From: Octopus sinensis
Taxonomy: Eukaryota
Assembly (NCBI RefSeq): GCF_006345805.1
Contig: NC_043005.1
Location: 21,018,001-21,082,000 of the forward strand
Length of the DNA: 64,000 nt
Direction: 5' to 3'
A model generated the notes under the pieces. The model saw only the letters and a program-made list of their open reading frames with translations, searched no databases and was not told the DNA's origin. A program made the position numbers and the translations under genes. The stretch's first letter is position 1. Each line of letters begins with the position of its first letter. Below, piece after piece: positions 11,979 through 26,579 of the stretch.

Positions 11979-14900
11979 GCTGAAATTTATAGAAAAACAA
12001 AAGACAAAGTGAGGTGTATGAACAACAAGCAGATGTATTAGTTTGATGCTCGGGAAAATGAAAATGTCTTTTACGTTTCGAGTCTATGCTCTTCAGCAGA
12101 AAGGAATAAGAGAAAATAAACAGAGAGAGAAGGAAAAAGCTTGTAGATTTAGCGGTCAAGCATGGCAACTGATTAGAAAAAAGTTTGAAAGAAGAGGTTG
12201 GAAGAAAGAGGGATGATAAAGTGATGGTGATCCCACATGAAGGTGTGCATGCATGTGTGTGTGGAGTGGGATGGTAGCAGTGAAGAGAGGAGGTGGGTAG
12301 GAGTGAAGGGAGGAACTAGGTATCAGATGAAGAGAAGAGGGGAGTTGATCCCATGTGGTGCAAAGAGAGAAGATTAGTTCCTGTTCATGGTGAAGGCAGG
12401 ATTCTGGATGGCACCTGTGCAAAGACAGTCTAAACACAGAAAGGTGGTGTAGTGATTGACCGGAATATATATATATATGTATGTATGCAAGTGAGTCATC
12501 TAAGAGACCATAAATCAGGGAGAAGATGCACTCTTATAACTGTCAGTAGAGTGGGTATATTATCGTAATTTTATAGTATTAAGTATCCATCACAGCTGGT
12601 CTTACCAATCAGTTTCTCATAAAGAATACAAAGGCGTGTTAGATGACAATCCAATTATATAACACTGCACTCATCAGAGATAGCTGATGTAAAAGGGAAA
12701 ATGGTGACTGCTCTCTATTGTTGGAGTTTGATTAGCACAACTGGTCAGTAGATGCTGTGAAAAATGTGGTGGAACAAAAAAGGGTCCCGAGGATTGTGCT
12801 TAGAGTGAAGATGGCAAGAAATATCTTGAAGTAGGGAAAGTGTGTATCATTAATGTGGTGTCCCAGTGGAGATGGGGTGGGTGGTATGTATAACAGTGTC
12901 ATACGTATAGTTCTTTCTGGGGATGGGAGTGTATATAGCTGTGTTCTTTTCAGAAGTAAACAGACCAAAGCACATGGCTATATATGCCTACATCCCTGGG
13001 AAAAAACTATACCTATGACACTACTATATTTACTACACATCCCGTCCCTGCAGGGACACCACATTCATGATACACACTTCCCCTACTTCAAGATAACTCT
13101 TCCCACTTTCACAGCATACCAAACCAAGGGACATAACTCCTAGCCTAATGCTCTGGACCCTTTTATGTTTCACTAGTTTTTCCACAGAAGCTGCTGACCT
13201 GTTGTGCTAATCCACCTCCAACAATAGATAGCAGCCGCCATATTCCCTTCCATATCAGCTACCTCTGATGAGCATAGAGTTATATAATTGGATTGTTACC
13301 TAACACTCCATTGTATTCTTAATGCTAAACCAATTGGTAAGATCAGCCATGATAGATATATATATAGAGAGAGAGTGAGAGAGAGATATCTCTTAATATA
13401 TACACAGTATTTAAATGTGAGTTAGTTCTGGTTTGAAGGTCAGATTTAAATACTGTTATATTAAATTTTATTTACCTCTCACTGAATGGAAGATATTATT
13501 TCTTGATCCTACTAATAATGGAACTCTAAACTATAAATATTTGTATATACACATATACATACATATATATAAATTTGTTGTTGAAAATGCACCTGAATTT
13601 GAAAAACTTGTAATTGTTTTTGAATAACTTTATTTACATACATATCAAACTAGTTTCAACAATATTTTTTGTTTATCAATGGTAAAAATTTTAAATTGCA
13701 AAGTTGAAAAACATGTTTTAAAAAATCATTGTTTACAAAATTTAATAATATCAAGAATGATTTAAATGTTCACAACATTCAATAATATAAAAAAATGTGG
13801 ATCATCTTGTTTAGATGCACAAAATTCAATAGTGATAGAAGTGATCAATAAGAAATGTAGATCACCAAAGGTTCGGACATACTGAGTTAAGATGGAGAAG
13901 AACAAGGGAGAAATGAAGATAGTAAAAAAGAGTTGATTCTTTTTTTCCATCATGTGCTGTGATTTTTGCTTGCAATGTTGTTTTGGAATCTAGTGTATAT
14001 GTAGTATATGTAATTTTTTCCATGGATGGATCTGATTTTTGATTTGCTAAAGTACAGATGAAATCTTATTTTTCTGGTGGTCAAATTTGTCATTCTTCCT
14101 AGTTAACTTCCCTGTGAGGAGTGGTCATCAGCCTGTTCCAGTTGGTTGATTCTCTTAAGGGCTCATTTTGTTATATTTACTGAAGTTTGGTTTTGATTGG
14201 TGGTAAAATTTATTGGACTAGAGTTAGGTGATGTCAGCAACTGGTGTTTATATGGTGTATTTGTATGGTGATTTGGAGTGGCAGTTTCAAAACCCGAATG
14301 GGAGATTTACTAATATTTTTTGGAATTATATCTGTTGTATCTGGTTGGTTTTTTTTGTGGAGCAATTGGATCTTTTTACCTTTTTCTTTTTAATGTTTAT
14401 TCTTCTTGCTAAAGAATATACAGCTGTGGTTTATATTTTTTAATGAGCATGCTTTCCTTATTCAAACGGAATTGGATTGAAGTGTTTCTGGTGCATTGAT
14501 AGAGGGAAGATTTGGTATTTTGGTTTATGTTTGCAGGGCATTGGTCTAGGTCTTTGCTTAGGAAAATTTTCCTGGTCATGTGCTCCCAGATTTGTTGCCT
14601 GTGTACCATCAGTCTGTCCCTCAAGGTCAAACTAGTTTGGCCTATGTAGTCTTCATCACACCCTCTACATTTGAGAACATGGATTATGTTCTTCAATGTA
14701 CAGGGCAGTGATTTTTTTTATGGTAAAAGTTTGACCTGATTTAAATTTGTAAGTTGAAGCCTCCAAGAGGAGGATGTAAGTCCCGCAGTTAGTGCAGTTG
14801 CACTTTTTGACTAGTGGGGACTAGTATTTTTGATGGGTAATTTGGCACTGGTGAATAACTTTTATAGGAATTGTGGTATTAGCACCTGTTAAAAATTTCA

Positions 14901-17900
14901 GATCTGGAATTAAGCAGTTTGGTTGAATTCTTGCATCTGAGAAAAATATGCTTTGCCTAAGTTTGTTGAGAAATTTCAAGAGACTGGTTCCACTGCTGAT
15001 TGACCTGGACATGGCTGAAAAAGAAGTGTGTGGACCTTTCAGCTTATCAAGAGTACTAGAGAAAAGAAAATGCAAAATCCTCATCGTTCTGTTGGAAAAC
15101 TGGCTGCCACAGTATAAATAAGCTGAACATTGATGTATGCCTACAAGATGATCCACTGTCATTATCTCATGCAAGTTCATAAGGCTGTGAAACTGGAGAG
15201 AAGTCATCTTATCCTCTATCTGTTTGCTGAAGTTATGCTGCCCAACCTAGTGTTCACTGAGGAAAAGAAATCTGACATTGAGCTGACAGTAAACCACCAG
15301 AAAGACCAGTTTTGGAGTGTATCTGGCTCTGTCAAGGGTAGACTCATAAATCAATGTCAAAATCCACAGTCAGTTTGGGCAGCTGTGACAGCCACTGGAA
15401 GGTCTTCCCCCATTTTTGTGTCCTCGGGTGTTTAAATTAATATCCAGCAATACATTAACAGCATTATGGAAGCTGAACTGCTTTCATTGGCAGATGAGCA
15501 CTTTCAAGGTCTGCCTTGGAGCCTCCAACAGGACTTGGCATCATCCCACAGCTCCAAACCGATACAACACTTGATTCAGAACAGCGTTCCATTGTACATA
15601 GGCAAAGATGCATGGCACTCAAGACACCCTGATCTCAATCTGTTGGATTTTTCTGTTTGATCCATTTTGGAGAAGAGGGTCTCAAGTACTCTTCATGCTT
15701 TGCTTGATGCTCTGAAAGCAAAACTGTGCCAGCAATGCAATTTGATTCTGCATGAACAGCTGCGTGTTGTGTATGAAGCATTTGCACCTAGTCTTAAGGC
15801 TGTGATTTGAAACATAGGCAGTCATATCAAATAAATGTGGTAGTGTCATAATTGTGTTTCCTTTACCATTGCATTGTAATGCTCAAACCCAAAATATAAC
15901 AATATTTTGCTTTGGTATGTATGTATGTATGTGTGGATATATATTTATATATAGAGAGAGTTACCAAAAAATGTATACACACTTCAGGAAAGGAAAAATC
16001 TGTATAAATATTTAACTTGAATAAATAACTTTTTTGATGTTTTATAAATTGTGATAACACTGTTTACTGTAGAATTATATTTTCTCAACAGGTAGTGTTA
16101 CACTCATGACTTTAGCATCAGCAAGTGACGTCAACAATTATTGTTAGAGGAATGTAAGATTATTTTCATGTGGTATTTCAAATTCGAGAATGTTGTTGAA
16201 GTTCAAAAACATTGGAGCTGTAAGTCTGGAATAAAACCTTCAACACATTTTCACAGATTTGTGTTAAGTTCAAAGCACATGGTATTGTGTATGATGTGTG
16301 TAAAGGAAAATCCAGAGCAAAGTGGAAAGCTTACATCCCAAGATTATTACGTGCAATTAATGAAGACATTCCAGATTGAAGAATCCAGTCTTGTATGTAA
16401 TTTCAATACATGGTAGGCTAAGACGAAGAGCTGATGAGAAAGATTGTGTGGTCTATTGAAACACATTTTAAGTTAAATGGAGCAGCAAACTGACATAATT
16501 ATGTTTACTGGTCATCAGAAATTACTCCTGTGCATGTGGACAAAAAGCAGTCAATTTACCGGGTGTTGATGTCTATTGTGGAGTGTGAGTTAGAAGTTTA
16601 ATAGAACCATTTTTCTTTGAAGGTACAGTTACTGGTCAGGCATACTTAGGCATGCTGTGCACACCCATCTTACCTACCATACATAAACTTTATGGAAATG
16701 ATGAAGTATTCTTTCATAAAAAATTATGCACCACCACACTACCGTCAATATGTGTAAGCTAATCTCAATGAAAATTTGCAAGGACACATGCTAGGATGAA
16801 GAGATGCAGTTGAGTTCTCCTCACATTCTCCTTATTTAACACCTGTAGACTTTTTACTATGGGGGACAATAAAGGATGTTGTGTAGCAGAGAAAACCGAA
16901 AAACTAAGACATGAAATTGAAAATTCATGTACAGCAATTTAAGTGTTGCCCAAGCAGTAACTTGCCATACACCACTTTAAGCACCTCTTAGAGTCAAAAG
17001 GTAACTTGTATTAATCTCTTAATGTTTGAATAAATTTAGTACTAAAATATTTAAGCCAGGGACATATGAGTGGTTGATGAGAGTTGTACAAGCCATCAGT
17101 TCTCAGTCCTTTCTTGTTTGTTATAGTCCTTCAGGCCATAACTGAGTAATTTGATACTGGCTCTTGGGAGTTCATCTATGCTGATGAACTTGTTTTTATT
17201 GTTGAATCACTACAAAAGCTAAAGAAAAAAATTCAGATGTGGATGCAAGATTTAAAAGGGCCTTAGAGTTAATTTAGCAAAGACTATAGTCCTTGTAAGT
17301 AAGAAGACAGACAACAAATCACTGATCCCTACAGAGAGATGGCCCTGCTCAATATGTAAGAAAGTTATCAGTAGAAACTCCACACTGTATATCCTGATAT
17401 CCAGTGCAAATCATGGAAACATAAGAAGTGCTGCAGATGCTGGTGGATTAACTGAGAAAGCAGTCTGTACATGTGACAGATGTGCATGTACATTAAATAC
17501 CAGGGGTGTATAGAAAATAGATTCCCTCAAATGTCTGAGGGGATCCTTAGAAGTAGTAGATCGTTTCTTCTACTTTGGTGACCAAGGTAGTTGTGGAGTA
17601 GGTAGTTCTGAAAGCGTAGTTACTAAAATAAGAATGGGATGAGCAAAATTCAGAGAACTACTACTTCTTTTAGTAACAAAAGGTCTCTCCCTCAAAGTGA
17701 AAGACAGATTTTATGATGCCTGTGTATGAACAGTTATGCCACACAGCAGTGAGACATGGACTATGACTACAGAGGACATGCGAAGGCTTGGAAGAAACAA
17801 AGCCAATCTGCTCTGCTGGATGGGTAAAGTCAGTGTGCATGTATGACAGAGAATAAGTGATTTGAGATAAATATTGGGTATACAGGCTATCATATGTAGT

Positions 17901-20900
17901 GTGCAAAAGAGAAAACTGTGCTAGTATTGTCATGTGATGTGTGTAGATGAGGACATACTAGAGAGATAAAGTACACATTGGAAGGCCATATATGTTCCAG
18001 AAAAACTCTACTCAACACAATAATGGGTGACTGTCAATTTTCATGACCTTGTAACTTCTAACATTTGGGCTTGAAACTCTCCAGATCTCAATCCATTGGC
18101 CTACTATGTGTAGAGCATTGTTGAGAGAGAGGGCAATCAACATCCCCTTAACATCAAGGATTCTGTGAAAGCCACTGTTATCAGAGTAATGTCCAATATG
18201 AACCATTGCCATTTACTTCAGGTATGTGGACAATTCAGATCTTGCAGAAAAGCAGTTATTGATGCTGAAGGTAGCTACACTGAATAAGAGCATGCATAAA
18301 AAAGATAAACAAGCTTATATATAGAAATGTTTTGGTAATAAAGTCGTTTACTGTTATTATATGTATGTTTTTCTATGAAACAAATTCTTAAATACCTTAC
18401 ACCCCCTATATATACAGATGTGTATGAGTGTATACATTCATACATAAATACATATATGTGCCTATTTCTATCTGTGTACATGTTTCTTCAGTATGTTTCA
18501 GTCAATATCTTTTATTCCAAATTTGTCATTATCTCCTCATCCTTACCCTCCTCCTAACATATGCTCACCATTGATACCAATTTCTCTTCTCATTTCCAGT
18601 TTTTAAAATTGTTGACTGTGGACCACCAAAAGACATTACTGGTGCTTCAAAGTCCTATAAAAGCACTACCTATAAATCTAAAGTAATCTACACTTGTCCA
18701 GAAGGAGAAAAATTAAGATCAATATGTGCAGAGGACGATAAATGGACCCCAGTAGCATCTTCTTGTAAAGGTAATGAAAATAGGCTCTCACTTGTTGCTT
18801 GTGTCTATGTAATTTTGTTTTATTTTTGTGTTGAGTATTTTTGTCAGAGGAAGAATTGCTGTGTTCGTGACAATTTCCATTGGGATAGTGGCTGTTGGAA
18901 AAGGGAGAAGTTATGCTCAGAGTAGAGACCTCTTCAAATGCTTGCAACAGTGTGGGCTTTGTGAGTGTTACCCAAGGGCCAGGTAATGCAATGAAATTGA
19001 GAGATGTTTCATGTGTGCCAAACAAGCACAAGAAGAGTGAAATCTTGTACCCTCCTGAAATTTCCATGGAGTTTCTATCAAGCAAATTTCATGCACAGAG
19101 CTTAGATGTGTTGCAAAGTCTTAAGCACACAGACAGGACTCTATCCAATGCCTAATTGTTGTTAAACAAAACTATTATGTCCACATCTATACCTCACCTC
19201 ATCTTGACTTTTTTCTCTTGACCTTTCTCATCCATACTTTGTGTCATCATATATTATTCTGTACAATACAATGCATTGAGTTTTTTCTTTACTATAATTC
19301 AGCAATCCTCTGAAACAGATTTCTGATGCTCAAATGATATTCCATCCAGTCCACCATTCTAAATTATAATAATAATAATAATAATAATGATGCTTTCTAA
19401 TTTAGGCAAAAAAGCTAGTAATTTTCAATAGATGACATTGAGTCAGTATCATCAATTCCAGTTCCTGATTGGTATGTTATGCTATTGACCCCTGCAAGAA
19501 TGAAAGACAAAGTTGACACTGACTGGATTTGAACTGAACAAATGAAGATCCTGAATACATATCATAAAGAATTTTTATTCTAATTCTGCAATTAGTATAC
19601 ATGTATTCATATGATGTACTCAGTGTAATGTATGGACACACAAGAAGTACAGTGGAATAATATGAAGGTTATCAGAGAAAGTAGTGTTCATATGTGGAAG
19701 ATGCCTGGGAGTCATAAAAACTACGGATACCCAGGAAATTGATTTTCTCAAATTTCCTAGAGACTCATTAGAGTTAGTGGATAATTTCTGCTACCTGGGA
19801 GACCATATTAGTAGTGGGAAAGGATGTATGGAGAGTGTAGTAGCTAGAATAAGGATAGGATGGAGAAAATTCATAGAGCTTTTACCTCTGTTGACAAACA
19901 AAACTTTTTCTCTCCAAGTGAGAGGATTGTATAATGCATGTATATGGACAGTGATTCTACATGGTTGTGAGATATGAGCCCTAAATGCAGAGAACATGTG
20001 AAGGCTTGAGAGGAATCAGGCTATTATGCTCTGCTGAATGCATAATGTAAGTGTACATGTTTGACAGAGTGCTAGTTTATTAAGAGAGAAGTTAGGCATA
20101 AGAGAAATTAAATAGAGTGTGCAAGAGAGAAGATTGTACTGGTTTGGTCATGTGGTGTGAATGGATGCTGATAACTCCATAAAGAAGTACTGATTTCTCA
20201 AAGTCGATGGAACTCATAGAAGATAAATAAATCTAATGCTTCGATGTACTCAAGAAGTTCCATCCTCCACAACAGAAGTGTTAATGTCACTCCGTCTCAG
20301 GAAGAGGATTGGTCTGTAAGTGTCCTGAATCAGTGGACTTCCTTTACTTGCACTTCCAAAGACTCTAGAAAGTTGTCTATAGTATTTCCTGATCAATAAG
20401 ATCTAAAACAAACTTGACAGTTCATTTACTTCAATGCACAGAACATCCTTGGGAATGGTGGTATTCATTTTCCTCAATTCACAGTGATTCCCTGAGTATT
20501 TTGTACCCTAACCCTTAATAAATTGCTAGACTGGAACACCCACTAATTCTGTTGTCCATGTCAGGTTTCATCCTGTGTACTTTATTGTTTGTAATCCTTA
20601 GGATTACATTAGATGATATGGCTACTCTTTTTTTTATGATATTGGGGTGGAATCACCATCATCACTTTTGATAACACTACCACCTAGTCAAGGTGTGATG
20701 GACAACACCTAATCCAGTGTTAATATATCTGTATATTACAGTGACAAACACATTGCTAAGGCTTCGCATGAGTTACTTTAACATCATAAGTGTAAGATAG
20801 AGGGTGGCCTGAGAGTTTCATAACATCTTTAAAATTTTTCTGTCATGACTAGCTTATAAAAAAATATATGTACCACTTTGTTGTAATATATTATATATTC

Positions 20901-22761
20901 ACTATTTTGAGATATGCCCAAACAATTGAAAAAATCAGTAAGATAATGTGATATTCATGTCTTTTTCAAGAGCAGTATCTGCAAATGTAAAGTTAGTTGA
21001 CTTAGGCTCAGAATCAAACTCAGATCCTTGGACTCACACAACACATGATGGTGATGATCATCTTCATCATTTAGCAACTACTTTCTGTGCTGGCATGGAT
21101 TAGACAGTTTGACTGGAAATGGCAAGCGAGGGAGCTGTACCAGGTTTCAGTTTCATTTGGCATGGTTTGTATGGCTGGATGCCCTTCCTAGTGCTAATCA
21201 CTTCAAGATTGTAGGGGATGTGATTTATATGTCACTGGCATAGGTCCTTTTAAGTGTCATTAGCCACGACCATGATTTCACTTAGTCTGATGAGTCTTCA
21301 CAAGCCAAGCAAATCACTAACAGTCTCAATCATTTGTCATTGTCTCTGTGAGACCCAACATTTGAAGATTATACTTCACCCTTTGTCCCAATTCATGTTT
21401 TTACTTAAAGAACAACTATGAGAAATATACTCTGGTTCACTTCCTGCTTAGAAAACAAATAGTAGAGTGGCTGCTTCTTGAACCAAGATATTATGTTAAT
21501 GACTTATTCTGGTCATCAGATTCAGAAAAGACTGTAAAGTTTATCAGTTATTTGTTTTCTTTTATCTTATTTTTGTGCATATTACAAAAATATACTTTTA
21601 CATGAATAAAATTTCATTGCCTGTTACATTAGGTTTTTAGTATTCCCATTTTCTACATATTTATATTTAGTCATTCAAAATGATGACAGTCATGTTGTAA
21701 CATTGGTAAAGTCATGTCTTGCAGTGACTAGCCATATTTAGTTACCTTCTTTTATATTATGAATTCAAATCCCATCTGAATATATATTCATCTTTCACTA
21801 TTTGGAGGTCAATAAAACTAGCATTAGTCGAGTACTGAGTTTCATTTATTCATATGCATTCCCACTGCAAAATGTGTTTGCATTAGAAACCATTATCATA
21901 CACATAATTGATATCAACAATAATTATAATTATTCCCGTTGTTAAAGTTGATGTATTCACAGAATAATTAGTGCATCAGACAAACTGTGTTGAGATATTG
22001 TTTTGGCACATCAACCTCTGATTCCAAATCCTACTGATGATAATTTTGCCCTTGCAGGCCCAGTAAATTAAAATAATATTTAAGCATAGAGGCCATATTT
22101 TATTGATTAACTCCTTAAATTTTTGTCCTTTCTATGTTAGAAATTATTAATATTGTTATTGTTTTTGACTTACATTCGTCTAAATCTTACTTCAATTCCA
22201 GTCACTGAGCTGCATTTTGTGAAAGTCAAAGATGCAATTTTGGATGTATCCGGAAAACGGTTGGTCAAGGAAAATGTAACAGCTGATGTTTGTGCTGAAA
22301 AATGTTTGTATAATTCAAAGTGTTTAGCATTTGAAATAACTAAAGAAAGTGGAAACTGTTACTTATCTACACAGACAGCAGCTTCCTCTATGAAAATTAA
22401 ATCAGACAAAAGCAGAGATTATTACCAACGAGTAAAATGTAATTATTATTTGTATTTTATTATTGTTTTTCTTTTTCTTCATTTTCTGAAATTTGTGAAT
22501 CCATTTATACTTCATAGTATATAGATAACCATTTCTGTAAAGACATTGACAGATTTACCTATCATGACAAGTATAGACATGTTCCTGAAAAAGACAAAAC
22601 AATATTAGGAACTGTAAATACAGAATTTGTTCACTTTGAACTATTTTATGCATGTTTACAATAATTCTTTTTTATACCAGAAAGAAATCTCTTGTTGTTT
22701 GCTGTAAACTTGAATAATTGCATTGGTGGTGGTGGTGGTGGTGGTGGTGGTAGTGGTAGTG

Positions 22762-22817
<56 letters not shown>

Positions 22818-25386
22818 TTCCAATTTAAGCCAAATAAAAGCAGATTGAATCAGTGTTAATCAATACATCTGGTATTATATTGTATCAACCTTGAATGGCA
22901 AGGTTGATATCAGCAGAGTTTGAGCTCAGAATGTAGTAAACTGGAGGGAATACTACAATGTGGCATGGCTTATGCACATTATCTTGTTATTCTTCATAAT
23001 CTAATATACAAAATAACAGGAAAAGAGATGCCAGTCAATGAAGCTGCATATCTTCTATATATTAGCATTGTTATTGTGGCTAGATAACCCTCCTATCACC
23101 AACTATTATACCACATATGATGAGTACATTTTACCATGCTGCTAGAGTTAGAAAAGGTGTCTGCAGTGACTAAAGAATCCTCTCAACATAAAATAAGTTC
23201 CTATTCAGAATAACTCCATGATATAAAATCAAAATGTTCAGCAATTTCACCCATTTTTATCAGAAGGATCTTTTCCTTTCCTATCAAAATTCTTCCTTCT
23301 GAAACCACTGGACATCAGGGGAAATTTACTAGTTGTAGTGATTTCTTTGTCCTACCCATGCCATCATGGAAAGCAGATGTTAAATGATGATGATGATGTT
23401 GATCATCTATGAGGAACTATAACTGGTCCAAAGTCACAGACTGCTCTGTGATATTCCAGGTACCCTCAAGAAATTGAAGCACATTTACTGCTCAGGTATA
23501 AACAGACAGTTGCCTAGCAATTTCATGTCCTGTAAACAGCTATATCAAAAATAGATTAAAGAAGAGACTTAGATGTAAAAATACTGATTGTTACCAACGA
23601 TTGCTACAACAATTGTTAACTACATTCAACCAAGTGGATATTATTTCAGAATTGAAGTCAGGCACTAGAGAAATGATACTCCAACAGAAAGCCTAACAAG
23701 TGGAATTTCATAGGAATTTCAAGTTCTACTCCCACACTATAATAAGAAACTTAGTAGTTGGCATTACTAAAAAATTTGAGTTATGTTCAGATAATTTTGA
23801 CAGCAATTTTTTACAGTATAACAGGATGCTAACTTGGATTGGCATTGGAGAGAAACTACTATTTGCACACCCAAAGAAAATTAGAAAGATAACTTGATTC
23901 AATCCTTTCAACCTAAATATCTCTGGGAATATATCAAGTGAATTTTTATTCCGTATTAGGACATTTTTGAGGCACAGATATGTACCACAAGCTTCTGAAT
24001 GTGCATGGTGTTGAGGTTGGTTACTACTGTATAAATACATGGTTCCAGTATTGTGTAATACAAGAGGAAATACATACACTTATCCCATTCACGCACCCGT
24101 AACTATCAAAATCAATCCACCTCTCCACTGAGAGCATTTTGACTTTCTAAGGCAGTATTTTACAAAGCAACTCTCTTATAGTGCCTGATGGCTCCTGAAT
24201 GAATTACATGGGACTTGCAGCTAATGGCTTCAAGGAAATTTTGAGTGAACATATATACTTCTGCAAGTTCATGCACATGATAAAGTCCACCTACCGGTCT
24301 TGTTTTACCTGGAAACTTGAGAAGCAGGAAAATTCTCTATAAAGTACAACCAGGAGCATATTCAACTAATCCACTCCTTATTTATCACGCAATGTTTTTG
24401 TCTTTCAGTGTTTGTGTGTGTTTATGTTTTTGTATTTGCCACCCAACCCTACCAACACTTGACAGCTGGTGTTATTGTTTACATAATTTAGCTGTTTGCC
24501 AAAATGGTACAATAGAATAAGTACCAAACTTTAAAAAATGTGTACTAGGGTTGACTCAGTTAACTGAAAATGCTTTAAAGCAGTGTCATCTAATGACTGC
24601 AGTCTAATGACTGAAACAAGTAAAAGATAAAAGATTTTTATATATATATACGTACAATAATAATAATAATAATAAGGATTATATATATATATATATATAT
24701 ATATTATATTAAATTAGAGACAAAACCACTATTATGCAAATCAAACAAAGAAAGACTTAAGCCAATACATAAAATAATTTATATAATTAAATTTAATTAA
24801 AATAACCACTATGATCGTTTCGTGTCAGCACTTCTATGAGACATTCTTCAGGTGGTTTCAAAACTTAAAATATAATCAATATTTTTAAGATATAAATAAT
24901 CTATATAATCTAAATAAAAATTTACTTATAATAAACTCTATTATTAAATATGATTATATCGAAATCGACTATAATGTTAAATATTAACTTTAATTTGGAT
25001 TTTCTACCTTATAAATTAAAGTTAATATTTAACATTATAGTCGATTTCGATATAATCATATTTAATAATAGAGTTTATTATAAGTAAATCTTTATTTAGA
25101 TTATATAGATTATTTATATCTTAAAAATATTGATTATATTTTAGGTTTTGAAACCACCTGAAGAATGTCTCATAGAAGTGCTGACACGAAACGATCGTAG
25201 TGGTTATTTTAATTAAATTTAATTATATAAATTATTTTATGTATTGGCTTAAGTCTTTCTTTGTTTGATTTGCATAATAGTGGTTTTGTCTCTAATTTAA
25301 TATAATATAATATTTTACTATAAAATTGGATTCAATCCTAAATCTGATTTTTCCCTGTAAATTTGGATTTATTCCCTAATATTTAT

Positions 25387-25445
<59 letters not shown>

Positions 25446-26547
25446 TATAATAATAATAATAATATCCCTATCGGATATGCCATCAGTTACAAAGGCAGTC
25501 ATGCTTACCAGCTATGCCGACGGCACAAAAGTCGCACAGTCAGTAAAGGAAACCTCTGATGCTACGCTATGACAGAAAGATCTAGATGCCATCTATACAT
25601 GGGCTGAGGATAACAACATGCAATTTAATGCAAGTAAATTCCAGGCCCTCTGCTACCAGTTAAGCACTGCTCAGGAATCACGACATCAGTACGTTGAACC
25701 AAGTAGAGCAACGATCCCAGAATCAAATACGGTGTGTGATCTTGGGATAGAAATGAGCAACAGTGCCTCATTTCACACACATATCAACAAAATGGTAGCA
25801 GTATCCAGAAGACTGGCTGGTTTGATTCTGAGAACCTTCCAGACAAGGGACCAAGAATCTATGATGACACTATGGAAGTCATTTATCCTCAGCCGCCTGG
25901 ACTACTGCTCTCAGCTATGGTTGCCTTATACTACAAGGATGATAGCAGAGCTTGAAGCAGTCCAACGACATTACACAAAGAAAGTTGCATCAATGGAACG
26001 ATTGAGTTACTGGGACAGGTTGAAAGAGCTGCAACTCTATTCCCTGGAACGAAGGCGGGAGAGGTATGCAGTGATATATATATGAAAGATACTGGAAGGA
26101 CTGGTACCAAACTTTGGAATAAAGAGCTATACCAGACTACAAACAGGACGTCACTGTGCTGTCCCCATTGTGCCGACTGCTTCATCATGAGCAAGGATGA
26201 TGTACTGCAATAACTTGAATTTCAAGGGCCCACAGCTGTTTAACTGTCTGCTGAAGCATCTGAGGAGCCTCCATGAAGTGGATGTTGATGTTTTCAAATG
26301 TAAACTTGACCTCTGGCTTGCCAAGATCCCGGATGAGCCAATATCTTAGCAAGAAACTCAAAAGAGAGCAGTAGCATTGAACTCCATCCTTCACCAGAAA
26401 CCGCTCCGACAAAGGTGTAAAGTGAAAAGATGATTATAATGGTGGTGCTCCAGCATGGCCATAGTCATTGGACTGAAACATATAAGAGAATAAGAGAAAA
26501 AGGATTATTTTGAAGTTTTGTAGTAGTACCTTTAATTCTTTTTTATG

Positions 26548-26579
<32 letters not shown>

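Larger units (their letters stand above)
12584..13358. repeat. Diverged long inverted repeat (arms about 12584..12947 and 12969..13358), probably from a Penelope-like element
   Basis: For example, tcttgaagtagggaaagtgtgtatcattaatgtggtgtccc pairs with gggacaccacattcatgatacacacttcccctacttcaaga; each arm ends in a hammerhead motif. Confidence 0.85.
24700..25309. repeat. Near-perfect long palindrome: arms 24700..24996 and 25013..25309 (297 bp), 16-nt loop
   Basis: Arms are reverse complements with 3 mismatches found by eye; loop ggattttctaccttat; flanked by (TA)n tracts. Confidence 0.95.

Noticed and set aside
18848-19060. Conserved post-Sushi block after tttttgtcag as a possible extra exon
   Set aside because: The phase-1 frame hits TGA within 8 codons, and the paralogous blocks share no open frame or donor site.
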